Positions 40,770-53,380 of a DNA stretch of 64,000 bases are shown piece after piece. Each line of letters begins with the position of its first letter. The stretch's first letter is position 1. Source of the DNA: the human T2T-CHM13v2.0 reference genome, Homo sapiens. The translations under genes and the position numbers were made by a program. Below the pieces are notes generated by a model. That model was given only the letters and a program-made list of their open reading frames with translations, was not told where the DNA came from and did no database searches. The DNA is taken from NCBI RefSeq assembly GCF_009914755.1, contig NC_060930.1; one strand, 5' to 3'.

Positions 40770-41206
40770 ATTTCCAATGTACATGTTCCCCTTCTTCTTT
40801 AATAAAATAACTCTCATTTTTTTTCTGAACGAATTACCATCCAGTTAAAGTATAACATTTCTAGGTATCTTTTGTAGCAAGGTAAAGCAAAGCTAGTACA
40901 GTTTGACCAATGAGAAGTGAGTGGAAGTGTGCTACTTCTAGGAGGCCCTTAAAAGGAAGGAAGTTGGCCCTTCTTTTGCCTTTCCTTCTTCCAGTGAAGG
41001 GAGTTCAAACAGTCTTCTTGCATTAGAAAGTTAAAGCCATATGCTAATAATGGTGGAGCAGTAGGGAGAAGATTCAGTTCCTACTGCCCTGGAGACACTG
41101 CCACTGTACCTCTCATGTGACAGACAAAGATATTTATATTTTACTTAAGAAATTATTTTGTAAAATTTAAAATGATATGTGGCCAAATCTCATCCTATCT
41201 AATACA
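40770..41206 (+). mobile_element. MLT1 (MaLR) LTR
   Basis: TTTGACCAATGAGAAGTGAGTGGAAGTG..ACTTCTAGGAGG; ends GCCAAATCTCATCCTATCTAATACA. Confidence 0.65.
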
Positions 41207-41220
41207 GCTATTACATGCAA

Positions 41221-41221
<1 letters not shown>

Positions 41222-41260
<39 letters not shown>
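41222..41260. repeat. (TG)n microsatellite
   Basis: Read directly from the sequence. Confidence 0.95.
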
Positions 41261-41263
<3 letters not shown>

Positions 41264-43260
41264 CATGTAAAGTTCAGGGATGAAGAAAGTCTAGAATATT
41301 CAAAGAAACAAACTTATTTCCAGTCTTGGGAGCAGGCTATGCACCATAGTAACAGTCAAGCCATCTTTTATATGTACTATATAGTTATATATGTCATTCT
41401 ATGTATACTATATACATATAATAGATGTATTTACTTTTGAGAATGCTGGAAAATATTTTCAAGTGTTAGAATTTTATAATAATTGTAGATTCTGGGTCAT
41501 ATTTTAGTTTTCTGGGGCCTTTAATGAAGTCAGAGAAGTAAGCTCATTGGACCTTCTGATGGTAGATGACATTTTTTTAACTTATTTATACCCCATGCTC
41601 TTCACATTGAATCCCTTTTTTCTTTATGACAGACTTCTAGGTTCAGTGTTTCCACTTTGTTCTCAGGATTGTAAGGAACCTCAGAGAGGTTAAGGAACTT
41701 TTTTCTAAATTCTAACATCTAAGAAGAAATAGGCAGAAATAAGATCCTACTCCCTCCCCAAATCATTCATAAAGGAACACACATTTCCTGAGTATTTAGA
41801 ATGTAATGTGCACATTGCTGTGCAAAACACAAATGAAAGCTAAAACAAATGTTTATCAAAAGGAGCCAGAAGGCTTAGAGGAGATACAAACTAAAGGACA
41901 AAAAAAAAATATGGACATGCGATACCAGACCAGATTTACTTTCAGAGCCAGCAAATTCCAGATAAGAGTATAAAGTGTGGGATGAATCTCACTAGGATGG
42001 CTGCACTGGGGAAGCTGCGCAGCTGGGCCTGCGAGTAAGGATGGGGTTGAAATAGGAGAGGATGGATGTTTCATGGAAAATCTTATTGGGATAAAAATAT
42101 GGAAGTGGGAATGAGATCAGCATGGGTGTGAGACAGTGAAGAAATTGCCTAAGCAGAATTGTGGGAGCAGATCCACCAATGCTGAGGAATCAGGTAGAGC
42201 TACAGGGTGAGGCCGGGTTTGCAGGACCCTGAGAGTGCAGCAGCAGGTTCGAGGCGAGGAACTCATGGTGTCCAGAGATAGCTCCTTCATTTATGGTTAA
42301 GGAACCAAGGCATTTTCATTTCCTACTTTTTAAATAAATTGGGCATTCCTTGTTGACTCAGGTTTATGATAAATAAAAAAAGAAATTGACTGGCTTAGAG
42401 GTTTTAAAACATTCCAGACTTTGTTTATACAGGGAAAGATTTTTCAAAGGTCAAACTTGAACTGCTGTAATCACCTTTATATATCCATGTTCAGTATTAT
42501 TCTAGTTCCATAAACAAGCTTAAAATAGGAGTTGATAATACCACCAGATTTTAGAAGGGGAAGAGCTTCACATTTCTCTATATCTACAGCCAAATGCATT
42601 TTTTTCAAGCAGGGTCAGTATTTCTGGAGAAACTTTGCATTTTATGGAATGGGTTTAAGCAATTCACCAGAAATGACTCCAGTTCTTTTTTTACGTAGAG
42701 TCAAGAATGGGGCTGTAGGAGTATATACATTCACATGAAAAGTTGCTTACAAATATTATATGAAAAATAGCATACTAAAATAGTAGTATGAAAATAGTAA
42801 AATTCCATTTTTAGATTAAAATATGTTTATAATATTTTTAATATTATAATATGCATAGGAAGGATACATGGAATATATAGCTATGGTTTTCTCTAGGGAC
42901 TTGAAGATGGTTCTTCATTTTCCTTTTTGTGCTTATCTATGTTTTTAAATATTCCCACAAGAAATATGTATTCTTTGTGTAATTTTTCTTCAGGTTAGTA
43001 TCTAAGGACATAAGAAGTGGGGCACACATGGGGTGCTAAAAAATGGTTGTGTTTTAGGGCAGGATCAGAAAGGGATTTTATTGTTATGGGAGAGAGATAG
43101 GAAAAATAATGCCAATAATTTTCTTTAAAAGAATGACATGACAGCAAAATTATAACCCAGTGGTTCTCATGTATATATGGTTATGATGACTTTGGATAAG
43201 TTACCCAAACTTCTGTGGGCCTTATTCTCCCATATATAAAATGAAGACCTGGGCACTCTT

Positions 43261-43322
43261 TTTTATTATTATTATTATACTTTAAGTTCTGGGATATATG
43301 TGCAGAACCTGCAGGTTTGTTA
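43261..43322 (-). mobile_element. Extremely 5'-truncated L1PA (L1PA7/8-like) with TSD, inside a MIR
   Basis: TTATTATACTTTAAGTTCTGGGATATATGTGCAGAACCTGCAGGTTTGTTA; flanks GACCTGGGCACTCTT and GTCCTGGGTATTCTT. Confidence 0.85.
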
Positions 43323-44169
43323 GTCCTGGGTATTCTTAATGTCTCTTCTAGCTTGAAAAAAAATTACTGTGACTGATACCTTTCTCAATAGTCATGGAAC
43401 TTGAAGTAACTTCACCCACCTTTCCACCTCATACTGAAAAGGTTCTGATTCTCACCCACAAGCCCAGAAAAAATACATATTATATAAGAGATGAACTTAG
43501 CCAGTCAAGTGCAGCCACTAGGATTCCCTTATAACCCAAAAGTTTTTTAGGCCCTGGGATAAACTGAACTGCTACAATTGCTAAGGAAAAGTCAAGTTAA
43601 TTACCGGATTTTCTACTTTCAGGCAGAATTATACTTTCCTGTACAAATTCCCTTTCCCTTTTGTTTCAGCAAAGTTCCTCATCCTTGGATGTATGCCCCA
43701 GTGGATTGTGCTTTGCCTTGAGGACACTGTTTGGCAAGGTTTAGTTCACAAGATGAGTAGATAATGGGAAATCAGTGTCTCTACCCAGCACCTTTTTGTA
43801 TTTTTTCCTTATAACTTTTCTCAATTGTTATTATATCTGCCACTTATCATACTAAATCTTCCCACTCTTCAAAGTTTAGCATTCAGTTTCCCCAGGAAGT
43901 GTTATCCAAACTATTTTTTTCCACGGTACCCACTCCCCTGTAGGAGTTTTCATGCACTTATTTCCAATCCCACACAATTGAACACCCAAGCTATCCTCTT
44001 GTCTATGTTATCATGTACTTCTCTGTGCAAGCCTTTTTACTTTAGCTGGAATATGAAGACCTCAATAACAGAGACAAATTCTTTAACTTTTCTCACTGTC
44101 TAAGTAATGCCTGGTATATTGTTCAGGTCAGAGAAGATGGTGATGGTAAAAGAAAATTTTGATTGATGA

Positions 44170-44566
<397 letters not shown>

Positions 44567-45979
44567 TAGTGCCTGCAGCAGGTACAGAAAAAGACCAACA
44601 TATAAACCTAAAGTTCAATCTCATGAATTTTGTGATTCAGGAAAAGGGGGCTTTGCCTCTACCATCACAAATACCACCTCACCTCTCTCCTGATACTCCA
44701 GTAGTAGCCTTGTGGAGACTGGAATAACTTGGGCTTCTTGAAAGGCGTAACATGAAGCAAATCAGTAGAAAAGTAGCAAAAAAGCAAGATATCTGAATGC
44801 CTTGAAAAATCAGAAAAGAAAGAAAAGGTCATGGATTTTGGACTATGATAGAATTAGAACACTGAAAGATGTCTTAGAAATAATCAGTGAAGTCATCATT
44901 TTATAGAAGAGCAAAGTAAGGCTCAGGGAGTAACTTGCCTAAGGTACATAGATGGTAGAATCAACACCAAAATTATGTCTCTGGCCTCTGAAGTCCAGGA
45001 TTCTTCCTAATCTGATCATAACTTATTTTTAATACAGCATTCTAATGAAAGAGATGCATTAAATAACTGTATTCATTTTCTACCAGCAAGCAAAGTGTCC
45101 TAGAAGAAGGAAGAATATGCAGTGGAATGTTCCAACTCCCCTAGTTCCCATGATACACTGCTTTCCTCTCTTCATGCCAGTAGTATGGTTCCATTTTTAT
45201 ATTCCACAGTTCTAAAATCAACACTAAGATTAGAACTAAACAATCAAACCAAAAGAACATACCACTATTTCAACTTTTGGTTAATATTAGGAATGACTCA
45301 TGAGATAATTCCTGAGCACTTACATTATGTGATACAGGAGTCCTCTGCACAAGTGGGCTTAAAATCCTTCATGAACATTCTCTAAGGCCTAAAAATATGT
45401 TTGTTAAACAATCTTCTAAAATAGTGTTCTTAACCTAATCAGTTTTACCAATGTTACATCATTGTTGCACTTGGTTGTGTGTGGTCCACTGGAAATAGTG
45501 TAGTCATCTAAGACCTAGGCAGGCCAAATCCTCTTACTGATTCTGTCATGAGAACAATAGTTGGAGAACATCCATAGTTATTATTATGCAGTTGATGTGA
45601 TGAATTCAGTTGTTAGTTGTTGAGATTGTCTACATCTTTAGAACATTTAGGGAACTAAAGAGAGACTCTTTTGCTGGCCACTGACTCTTGTTAGCTTGGT
45701 TTGGGTGAGATAAAGTATCTAGATAAGCCCTTGCTTATGGCATTGACTGAATAGCTTATTTCACACCTATATAATAAGACATTAATTTTACTTCTTCACT
45801 AATTGATTCAGTAAATCAGCACTCCATGAGTCATCACTATAGAAACAAACAGCAAACATTCTGTTTTTTCCCACTGAATCTCCAGAGGGGGATTAAAAAG
45901 ATTTTCAGAGGAAAGACTCTAGAGTCCCCAAGTAAACATTTCAGAAAGTGGCTAGAGTGACATTCTCCTGCAAGTCCTT

Positions 45980-46170
45980 TACACCAGCTTGACTTATCCC
46001 CCAAAAAGTAGGATATGGCTATTACAATCCCCATTTGCAGATGAGAAAAGTGAAGTTCAGAAAGTTTGAGTAATCTGCCTAAAACCACCTCTAGCAAGTG
46101 ATGGAGTTATAGAGCTAAGTGCGGTGTTCACATGTTCAAAGCTCATGAAATTCCTGGCATATTCCACTGC
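45980..46170 (-). mobile_element. MIR SINE
   Basis: ATCCCCATTTGCAGATGAGAAAAGTGAAGTTCAGA. Confidence 0.75.
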
Positions 46171-46472
46171 TTGCCTTACACAAACAAAACAAAATGAAAC
46201 AAAATAAAAAAAACAGATACACTTGACTGTCATTAATTCTCATAAAATTATAGAGGAAATGCAAACACATCCCACTTTCAAAGCAGAGCAACTTTAAAAA
46301 CCTCTAGTATGCAAAAACTAAACGTGATCATCTGTCTTATCAGGTCAACAGTTTGGTCAAAGTAGGCAATGTATGTACATATGATATCTGGAGCTTATTT
46401 TAAGTTTCTGGTAAGTCTGTGTAAATATACCATTTTGGAATTGCAAGGCTTATGACAAAGGATTATCTTTCT

Positions 46473-47088
46473 TTTTTTCAACTTTAATTTTAAGTTCAAG
46501 CTTACAAGTGTAGGTTTGTTACATAGGTAAACTTGTGTCATGGAGGTTTGTTGTACAGATTATTTCATCACCCAGGTATTAAGCCTAGTACCCATAAGTT
46601 GTTTTTCCTGATCCTCTCCCACCCTCCATCCTTCAGTAGGCCTCAGTGTGTGCTGTTCCCCTCTGTGTCCATGTGTTCTCATCATTCAGCTCCCACTAAT
46701 ATGCGGTATTCAGTTTTCTGTTCCTGTGTTAGTATGCTAAGGATCATGGCCTCCAGCTCCATCCATGTCCCTGCAAAGGACATAATCTCATTCTTTTTTA
46801 CAGCTGCATAGTATTCCATGGTGTGTATGCACCACATTTTCTTTATCCAGTCTACTATTGATGGACATTTAGGTTGATTCCATGTCTTTGCTATTGTGAA
46901 TAGTGCTGCAATGAACGTACATGTGCATGTGTCTTTATAATAGAATGGTTTATATTCCTTTGGGTATATACCAAGTAATGGGATTACTGAGTCAAATGGT
47001 ATTTCTGTCTTTAGGTCTTTGAGGAATTGCCACACTGTCTTCCACAATGGCTGAACTAATTTACACTCCCACCAACAGTGTATAAGTG
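46473..47088 (-). mobile_element. 5'-truncated L1PA (L1PA13-like) with decayed TSD
   Basis: ORF2 C-terminal peptide WKTVWQFLKDLKTEIPFD..TWNQPKCPS..EYYAAVKK; flanks TGACAAAGGATTATCTTTCT and TGGCATAGGGTTATCTTTCT. Confidence 0.92.
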
Positions 47089-47148
47089 TGGCATAGGGTT
47101 ATCTTTCTCTTTTCCCTTTGTACCAAAGCCTCATCTTTTATGTTATAA

Positions 47149-47430
47149 CAGTATTTCTCAAACTGCATATTGATGTCAATAAGTGCACAGAGAAAAAAAA
47201 ATAAAACAAAATTTTGAAAATATGTTCAGAAAACATTGGAATACATGTAGTATGTGTTTCTCTGCTTCAGAACTTCTCAAGACCTTAATATGTTAGTGCT
47301 CATGGACTGGTTCCCAAGTGTATTTGACCACAGGACCTTTTCTCTCTCTCTCTTTTTTTTTTTTTTTTTTTTTTGAGGAATACATCTGTAACCATCTTAT
47401 GTCTACTGGAACATGCTTTTGAAAATACTG
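47149..47430. mobile_element. hAT-Charlie-type MITE
   Basis: Terminal inverted repeats CAGTATTTCTCAAA ... TTTGAAAATACTG. Confidence 0.6.
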
Positions 47431-47639
47431 CCCATTTCAACGTTAGTTTCTTGGAGACCCTAAAGTCTCAGAATTCCCGAGTTTTGTAGAATATAGGATA
47501 GTATCTGCATATATGACTATAAACCTTGTGACTAACTTATAACTTAAGAAAATCCTTCCAAAATGTGCTAAATAGATTTCTATTAGCATAAGTCAAATAA
47601 ATATATACAGTGCTTGTTAAGGAAATCTTCAACAACAAA

Positions 47640-48035
47640 TCTAGATCTTTCCATAACTGGTCCTTTCCTATCACTCAGGAATTCTCTGACCATCCAATCT
47701 CAGCCTCTTTTTGCCTCCTTCACATTCCTTGAATCAATTTTTATTACATAACCCTGTTTAATTTTCCTCATAGTATTTATCAGTATCTGAAATCATTTTA
47801 CTGTTTTGTCTTGACTTAGAATCTAAGACGCATGAAAGTTGAGTCATTTGTATTTCCAACAGCTACTATGGTGCCAAGTACATATAGAATAGAAAGTTAT
47901 TTCATTCATTCATGTATTCATTCATTCAACAAATATTTACTGAAAATTTCCCATGTGCCCAAAACCATTCTAGTTCTAGATCCAGCAATGAGTAAAACAG
48001 ACATCAGTTTACTCCTCGAATTGTGTGTACATTAG
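47640..48035. mobile_element. Tail-to-tail L2 fragments
   Basis: Plus L2 body to ~47900, then TTCATTCATTCAACAAATATTTACTGA (minus L2 end). Confidence 0.65.
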
Positions 48036-49174
48036 ATTTGTTTTATGTAAACAAGACTTTGCATTCCCTTTGAAGGTGGCATGTTTTAAACCAGTGTAGT
48101 TATTATTTAAAATTCAAATTATTAATAACTAATTTACCTAATTTTGTAAACATAAATTTTCATATGGCTTGTTTTTCTGTAGTTTGTAGTTATTTGTTTA
48201 AAATCAAAGAGCCAAAAATTTTATGTGTATCATCTCTTTTAATCCTGACAACAGACCTGCAGAGTGGAGACTATTACCTCCATTTGATACATGAGGAAAG
48301 TGGGGTTATAGAAATAACTTTCCCAAGACACTTAACTGGTAGATAGGTAATATCTGAATATAAGTCCAGTAGATTTGAAATCAAAGCCCACATCCTTTTC
48401 TACCACATCCACTGCCTACTTTGATATTAGTATAACCCAACAGTTATTAATAGAGAAAAAAGCAAGAAGCACCAAAAAAATGCCTTAAGTCAATGGGTCC
48501 CTTGTGTTGCATTTTGTGACTGTGTGAATTCCCTCTGATTCTTTGCATTTGGACTCCATTTTGAAGTTCTGGGCAATCCATCTTATTACCTCCCAGCGAT
48601 CCATCAGGACCACAGGCAGGTGTCTGCACCACCTCAGAGGTAGTGACTTCTATATTTCTGACAGTTACTGTCTTCCCGGAGAATAAGGCCATGTGGTATA
48701 TTTTGTTGCAAGGATGCTGCAAAGGGAAGATAAAACCAACAAAGGAGCTGAAAGAAATCAAAGAAAAGAGGACAATAAGGAGAATAAAGACAAGTTCAAA
48801 ATAAGCTAAATTTAGAAATCGCTTGAAGCTCCATTGTTCGAGTTACAAAACTTGTCTTGCTTTCCAGCAGTCCAAGTTCTGCTGACTTGATGTGTGACCT
48901 TACCAGGTCTCCTTGCCCTTCTCGGTGTCAAGTTTATGACACTATGGAGGGTAAAACCAGTCCTGGGCTGCTGAACTCTGGCTTCTTTAATGTGGGATAA
49001 TGAACCTGGTATGTTTACATAATTGTTATTTGGGATTTTTCCATTATATACAGCCAAATATAATTCTAATTGATACAATCAGTGTATGTTTTTAGTATTT
49101 AAAAAGCTACATTTGAAAAAATCCTTGAGAATTGACAAAATATTCAAAGAATTTCAAAAGTGGCAGTATAAATA

Positions 49175-49490
49175 CTTATGAGGAAAAGAATACTAAGGAA
49201 GAAGGAAAGAAGAGAGGAGAAGGAGGGAGGTTGATCAGACTGAGGATGAGGAAGAAGGAGGAGGAGAAAAAGGAAGAGAAGAAGGGGGAGGGGGGAGGGA
49301 AGTGGAAGAGGAAGGAGGAATTAGATAAAGAAGAAGATAAAGAAGAAGGAGAAGAAAAAGAAGAAGGAGAAGAAGAAAAGAAGAAGAAGAAAAGAGGAAG
49401 GAGAATAAGAAGAAGAATAAAGAAAAGGAGGAAGAGAGTGGAGAAAGGGGAGGAACAATAACAGCAAGAAAAGGACAAGAAGGAAAAGAT
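49175..49490. repeat. GA-rich polypurine tract
   Basis: (GAA/GGA)n-like; about 310 bp, nearly all purine on +. Confidence 0.95.
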
Positions 49491-49673
49491 TCCATTCAAA
49501 TGTAGACTGAAACTCCTTCACTGACATTTAAATCATATTTGCCAAAATCTTGGTAACTGTGGAGCTCTCCTTATTTATAGAATACAATTTTTCCCAAAGA
49601 TTTCATTATTACATTCTTCTAGCATTCCCATCCAAATCCATAAAACTAAGGCTCAAAGTTCCTACTGCATATA

Positions 49674-49738
49674 TTAGATTGGTGCAAAATTAATTATTTT
49701 TAATGGCAAAAACTGCAATTACTTTTGCACCAAGCTAA
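49674..49738. mobile_element. MADE1 (Hsmar1-derived MITE) with left-arm deletion
   Basis: TTAGATTGGTGCAAAATTAATT..TTTTAATGGCAAAAACTGCAATTACTTTTGCACCAAGCTAA; TA upstream. Confidence 0.9.
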
Positions 49739-51669
49739 CAATGAGCCAGTAACATTTTTCTCTTTTAAGCTAACTTGATCAAACCCAGAGAGGTCATTCA
49801 TTAACTCAATTTTATCAATTAATACTAATCTAAGTATTCTGGTAATGTTTACAAATGAACCTTCTTTTCACTTTCCTCACTGAGGCCAAAATCTTCCTGG
49901 GGTTTGTATCTGACTTCAATATTTTCTTCAAGCTTCATGTCAAAACTGTTTCTCTCTGTCCCTTTGATCCCTCCCATCTGAAATAGGTTGGCCCTACCCT
50001 GAGAGTCTACAGGTCCAATCCTATCCACCAAAGACTGGTTAGAAGGTGCTTGTGGAGGATGACGGCTATTCCCTAAAAGAAGACTATAAGGCTTGCCACA
50101 CTGATACTTGGCTAGGGTGTATGACTTGCTTTGGCCAATGCAAGTGGGACAAAAAGAAAATGTGAGAAATAGAAAAGCTTCTGTTCACTCCCACTCCTTG
50201 ATTAGAGAAACAGTCTCTGGCAGAAGGAGAGAAAATATGAAGGGAAAATAAAGAAGAGAGGTCACAGGGGAAAGAGGAGGCGGCATGACCTGAAGGGAAC
50301 AGGAAGAGGACCCAGGTCAGTGTCTGAGGATGGCCCAGCCTCTATTTCATCAATATCTCCCATTGGCCACAGCTGGGGACAAAAGGAGGAGCCATCGTAG
50401 TGCCCCAGGCTACACTTTGGGAGCCCTGTACTCAACTGCCACACTAGCTTTCCTTCCTGCTGGCACAGGATGAAGATTTTACTTCAGCAACAATGGCACT
50501 TTGCCTGTTTATCAGTAGGTGTGATCTTCATTTGAGCCCTGTATCTTTGTTTCAGCCAAGATCCACTTGCTTTTTGTGAATAATCCCCTACCTTATCCTC
50601 CACCACCTGCCAGCTGCCTCTACCACTCACAACACTCAGAGGCCCTCAGGACCCAGCAAGCTTGCAGGATAAAGCTAAATGGTAAGGCGAAGCCTTCCAG
50701 GCTTGGGTTTTGCATGGGCTAAACAAATTCAGCCCTAAACTGTCACCATGGTTGAATATCCTGCTGTCATTCTCACTATTTGTTAAGCCTGAGCTTGCTC
50801 CTCTGATGCTCAATCTTTTGGTTTAGCAGCTGTCTTCAGGTTCATGTTCCTACATGTGTCTCCCCTTCGGTAACTGACCCTTGGCTTCATTTGCAGGTTC
50901 CAGTGCCTAATATGACTACACAAAACCATTTCATTGCCCTTCATATTGCGGTCAGCTCAGTCCTGGATCAGCCATCCTTCTCCACCTGGCAGCCTTTTTG
51001 CCTTCTGCAGATGAGCTTTCTTTTTAGCACAAGAATTAGAGAGGAGCTAATCAACATTGAGCAATTCACAATCACAATGTTGTATTCTTATTTTCTTCTT
51101 TACTGGAGAAGAAGCCAAAACAAAAGAAAAACAAATTGTTACAGAGATTCACATGTGAAATCTCCTGGTTTTGCAAGTCAGAGGGCAGTCAGTCTAGCAT
51201 CCTTTGCTCCAGCCCCATCCTGTATTTGGCTTTTGAAGCTAGTGCTTGTGTTGTTATTAATTTGCACCAAAAGGATGCTTAGCAACAATCAAACATGATG
51301 TATTAAATATGAAACTACTTTCTGAAGGAGCTCAGAATCACAAAACAAGCTCGTTGGAACAAAGCTCTTGAAAACCCATGTAAATAGAACATAAAAATCT
51401 GAAAGATACATGACAATCATTTCACCACATTCCATTTATTGGTGAATAAGCTAGAGTAAATCAAATCAATTAAAGTTTTAAACAGGTCTAAATTAATTTG
51501 GCTTCATTTCATTTTATGGTATTTGCTCTCCAAACTGAGAAAACTCAGTTTAGTTTTCTTCATGGCATGGTAACAGAAATAATTTTCAAGTGATGTTGAG
51601 GCTTATTTAAGTCTGATCCAAATGACAACATAGCATTTAAATTATGTTATATAACTCTTATGTAAACGT

Positions 51670-52085
51670 ACAAGATAAGTTATCTGCTGGAACTAACAAC
51701 TTCCAAATTTTAGTGACTTAACATTGTAAAAGTATATTATTTCCTATTTTTACATTTTAATGTGGGTTGTGCTGGGAGGAGGTGACCCTTCTCCATACAG
51801 TCATTTAGGGATCCAGACTTTTTCTATTTGTTTCTCCACCATCCCCTGTAGCCTGAGAACCATCACTGAATCCATAATTCCTGCTGGTATGTGGAGGAAG
51901 AAAACAGAGCAGTGCATGGAAGCTTTTATTACGGGCCGGCCAGTCCTGGAAGTTAGTTGCGCATCACTTTTGTCCACATTATTGGTCAGAACTCAGTCAC
52001 AGGGCCACACCTTACTGCAAAGGAGCCTACAAAAATGCAATGCTGCCTGTCTCCAGAGGAAAGGGGAGTCAGTTTGGTGAGAAAG
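51670..52085 (-). mobile_element. MLT1 (MaLR) LTR, K/L-like
   Basis: CATCACTTTTGTCCACATTATTGGTCAGAACTCAGTCACAGGGCCACAC..TACTGCAAAGGAG. Confidence 0.7.
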
Positions 52086-52489
52086 TTTCAGACCTCAAGG
52101 GATTGGAAAAGGCTCCTTGCTCAGCAAAAGAAAACCAGAGATGGAAGAAAGTGTCTCTGTATGAAAGAACAAAGGCACAAAGCAAGGGATCTGCAGTTTT
52201 CAGCATTAAAGAAAACATGGATAATAACATTTTTAAAGGGCTGAGAACATGTCTCAGATGATAGCACCTCTTTTGGGTTCTGGAAGGTGTAGATGTGATG
52301 CCCACCACTAAGGGGTAACCCAACACTTCAGTCACTCTCAAATATTAACAGTAGCAGTTATTTCAGCATCTATTATGTTTATAATGTTTGTGCTCTGTTA
52401 CTTCCACAATTTTTATATTTAATTTTATTTATATAATCTTATGATAAGAATGTATGCCCCATATTTCAGAAAGTCCTGGGAACACTTGT

Positions 52490-52491
<2 letters not shown>

Positions 52492-52528
<37 letters not shown>
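52492..52528. repeat. Compound (TG)n(GA)n microsatellite
   Basis: Read directly from the sequence. Confidence 0.95.
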
Positions 52529-52529
<1 letters not shown>

Positions 52530-53209
52530 TTGGTGGGAGTAATGGATAAATGTTGAGAAGGGAAGCAGGCAGTGAGCTAAAATATTCTAGTGAAAGCAAT
52601 ATTTCATAGCAACTAATTGCCTCAGAGAATTTGTGGAAGGTTGAATAGACTCTTTTATCCAACTATACTATCAAGCATTAGAAATGGTAGTTATTGCCTA
52701 CTGATGTCTATTTTGTTGGAAATATATTGAAATCTGTAGCATCTACTGCTCTTACCACTTTCTACATGTCAATTCATAATTCTGAAGATTGGCCCTGTGG
52801 GATAATGGAATGTTGATGGAATTCAGTGGATATTTTCAGAGTAAAATCACTGAAGAATCTTGATAATGTGACTAAGAAGCTAGAAAAAGTGAATGCTGCT
52901 TATTCCTGTTTAAGTTTCCTTTCTCTGATTATATATTATTGACGGCACTGTAGAAAGTATGAAAACACTTAGAGAAAACAGATTTTTAAAGTAAAAACTA
53001 AAAATGCACTAAACCATCCTCCTGGTGGACAGCACTGCTCCATGATATTTTAAAAGTCTCAAATACATTTGGGCTTAGAAATTACTGGAAGAGATCATTG
53101 TCTCCTTAGTGTTTAGAGATGTGGGAATTTGAAAGCTATCAATGCAGCATCTGAAATATCTCTATCTGACTCACACCCTGGGGGAAAAGCGCTGACAGTG
53201 TCTATACAG

Positions 53210-53380
53210 GAGGAAGCAGAGACACAGTTAAGAGCACAGATTCTGCAGCCAAAATGCCTGCATTGATTTCTGACTGGCTATCTACTACCTGTGTGACTTT
53301 AGGCAAGTCACCCGACCTCTCTGTGTCTGTTTCCTCTTTTGAAAAATGCAGATAATATTAGTAGCTATCTCAAAGGCTTG
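53210..53380 (+). mobile_element. MIR SINE
   Basis: GTTAAGAGCACAGATTCTG..CTGTGTGACTTTAGGCAAGTCAC..CCTCTCTGTGTC. Confidence 0.8.

Noticed and set aside
49132-49527. E/K-rich and S/F/L-rich ORFs
   Set aside because: Products of the polypurine tract.
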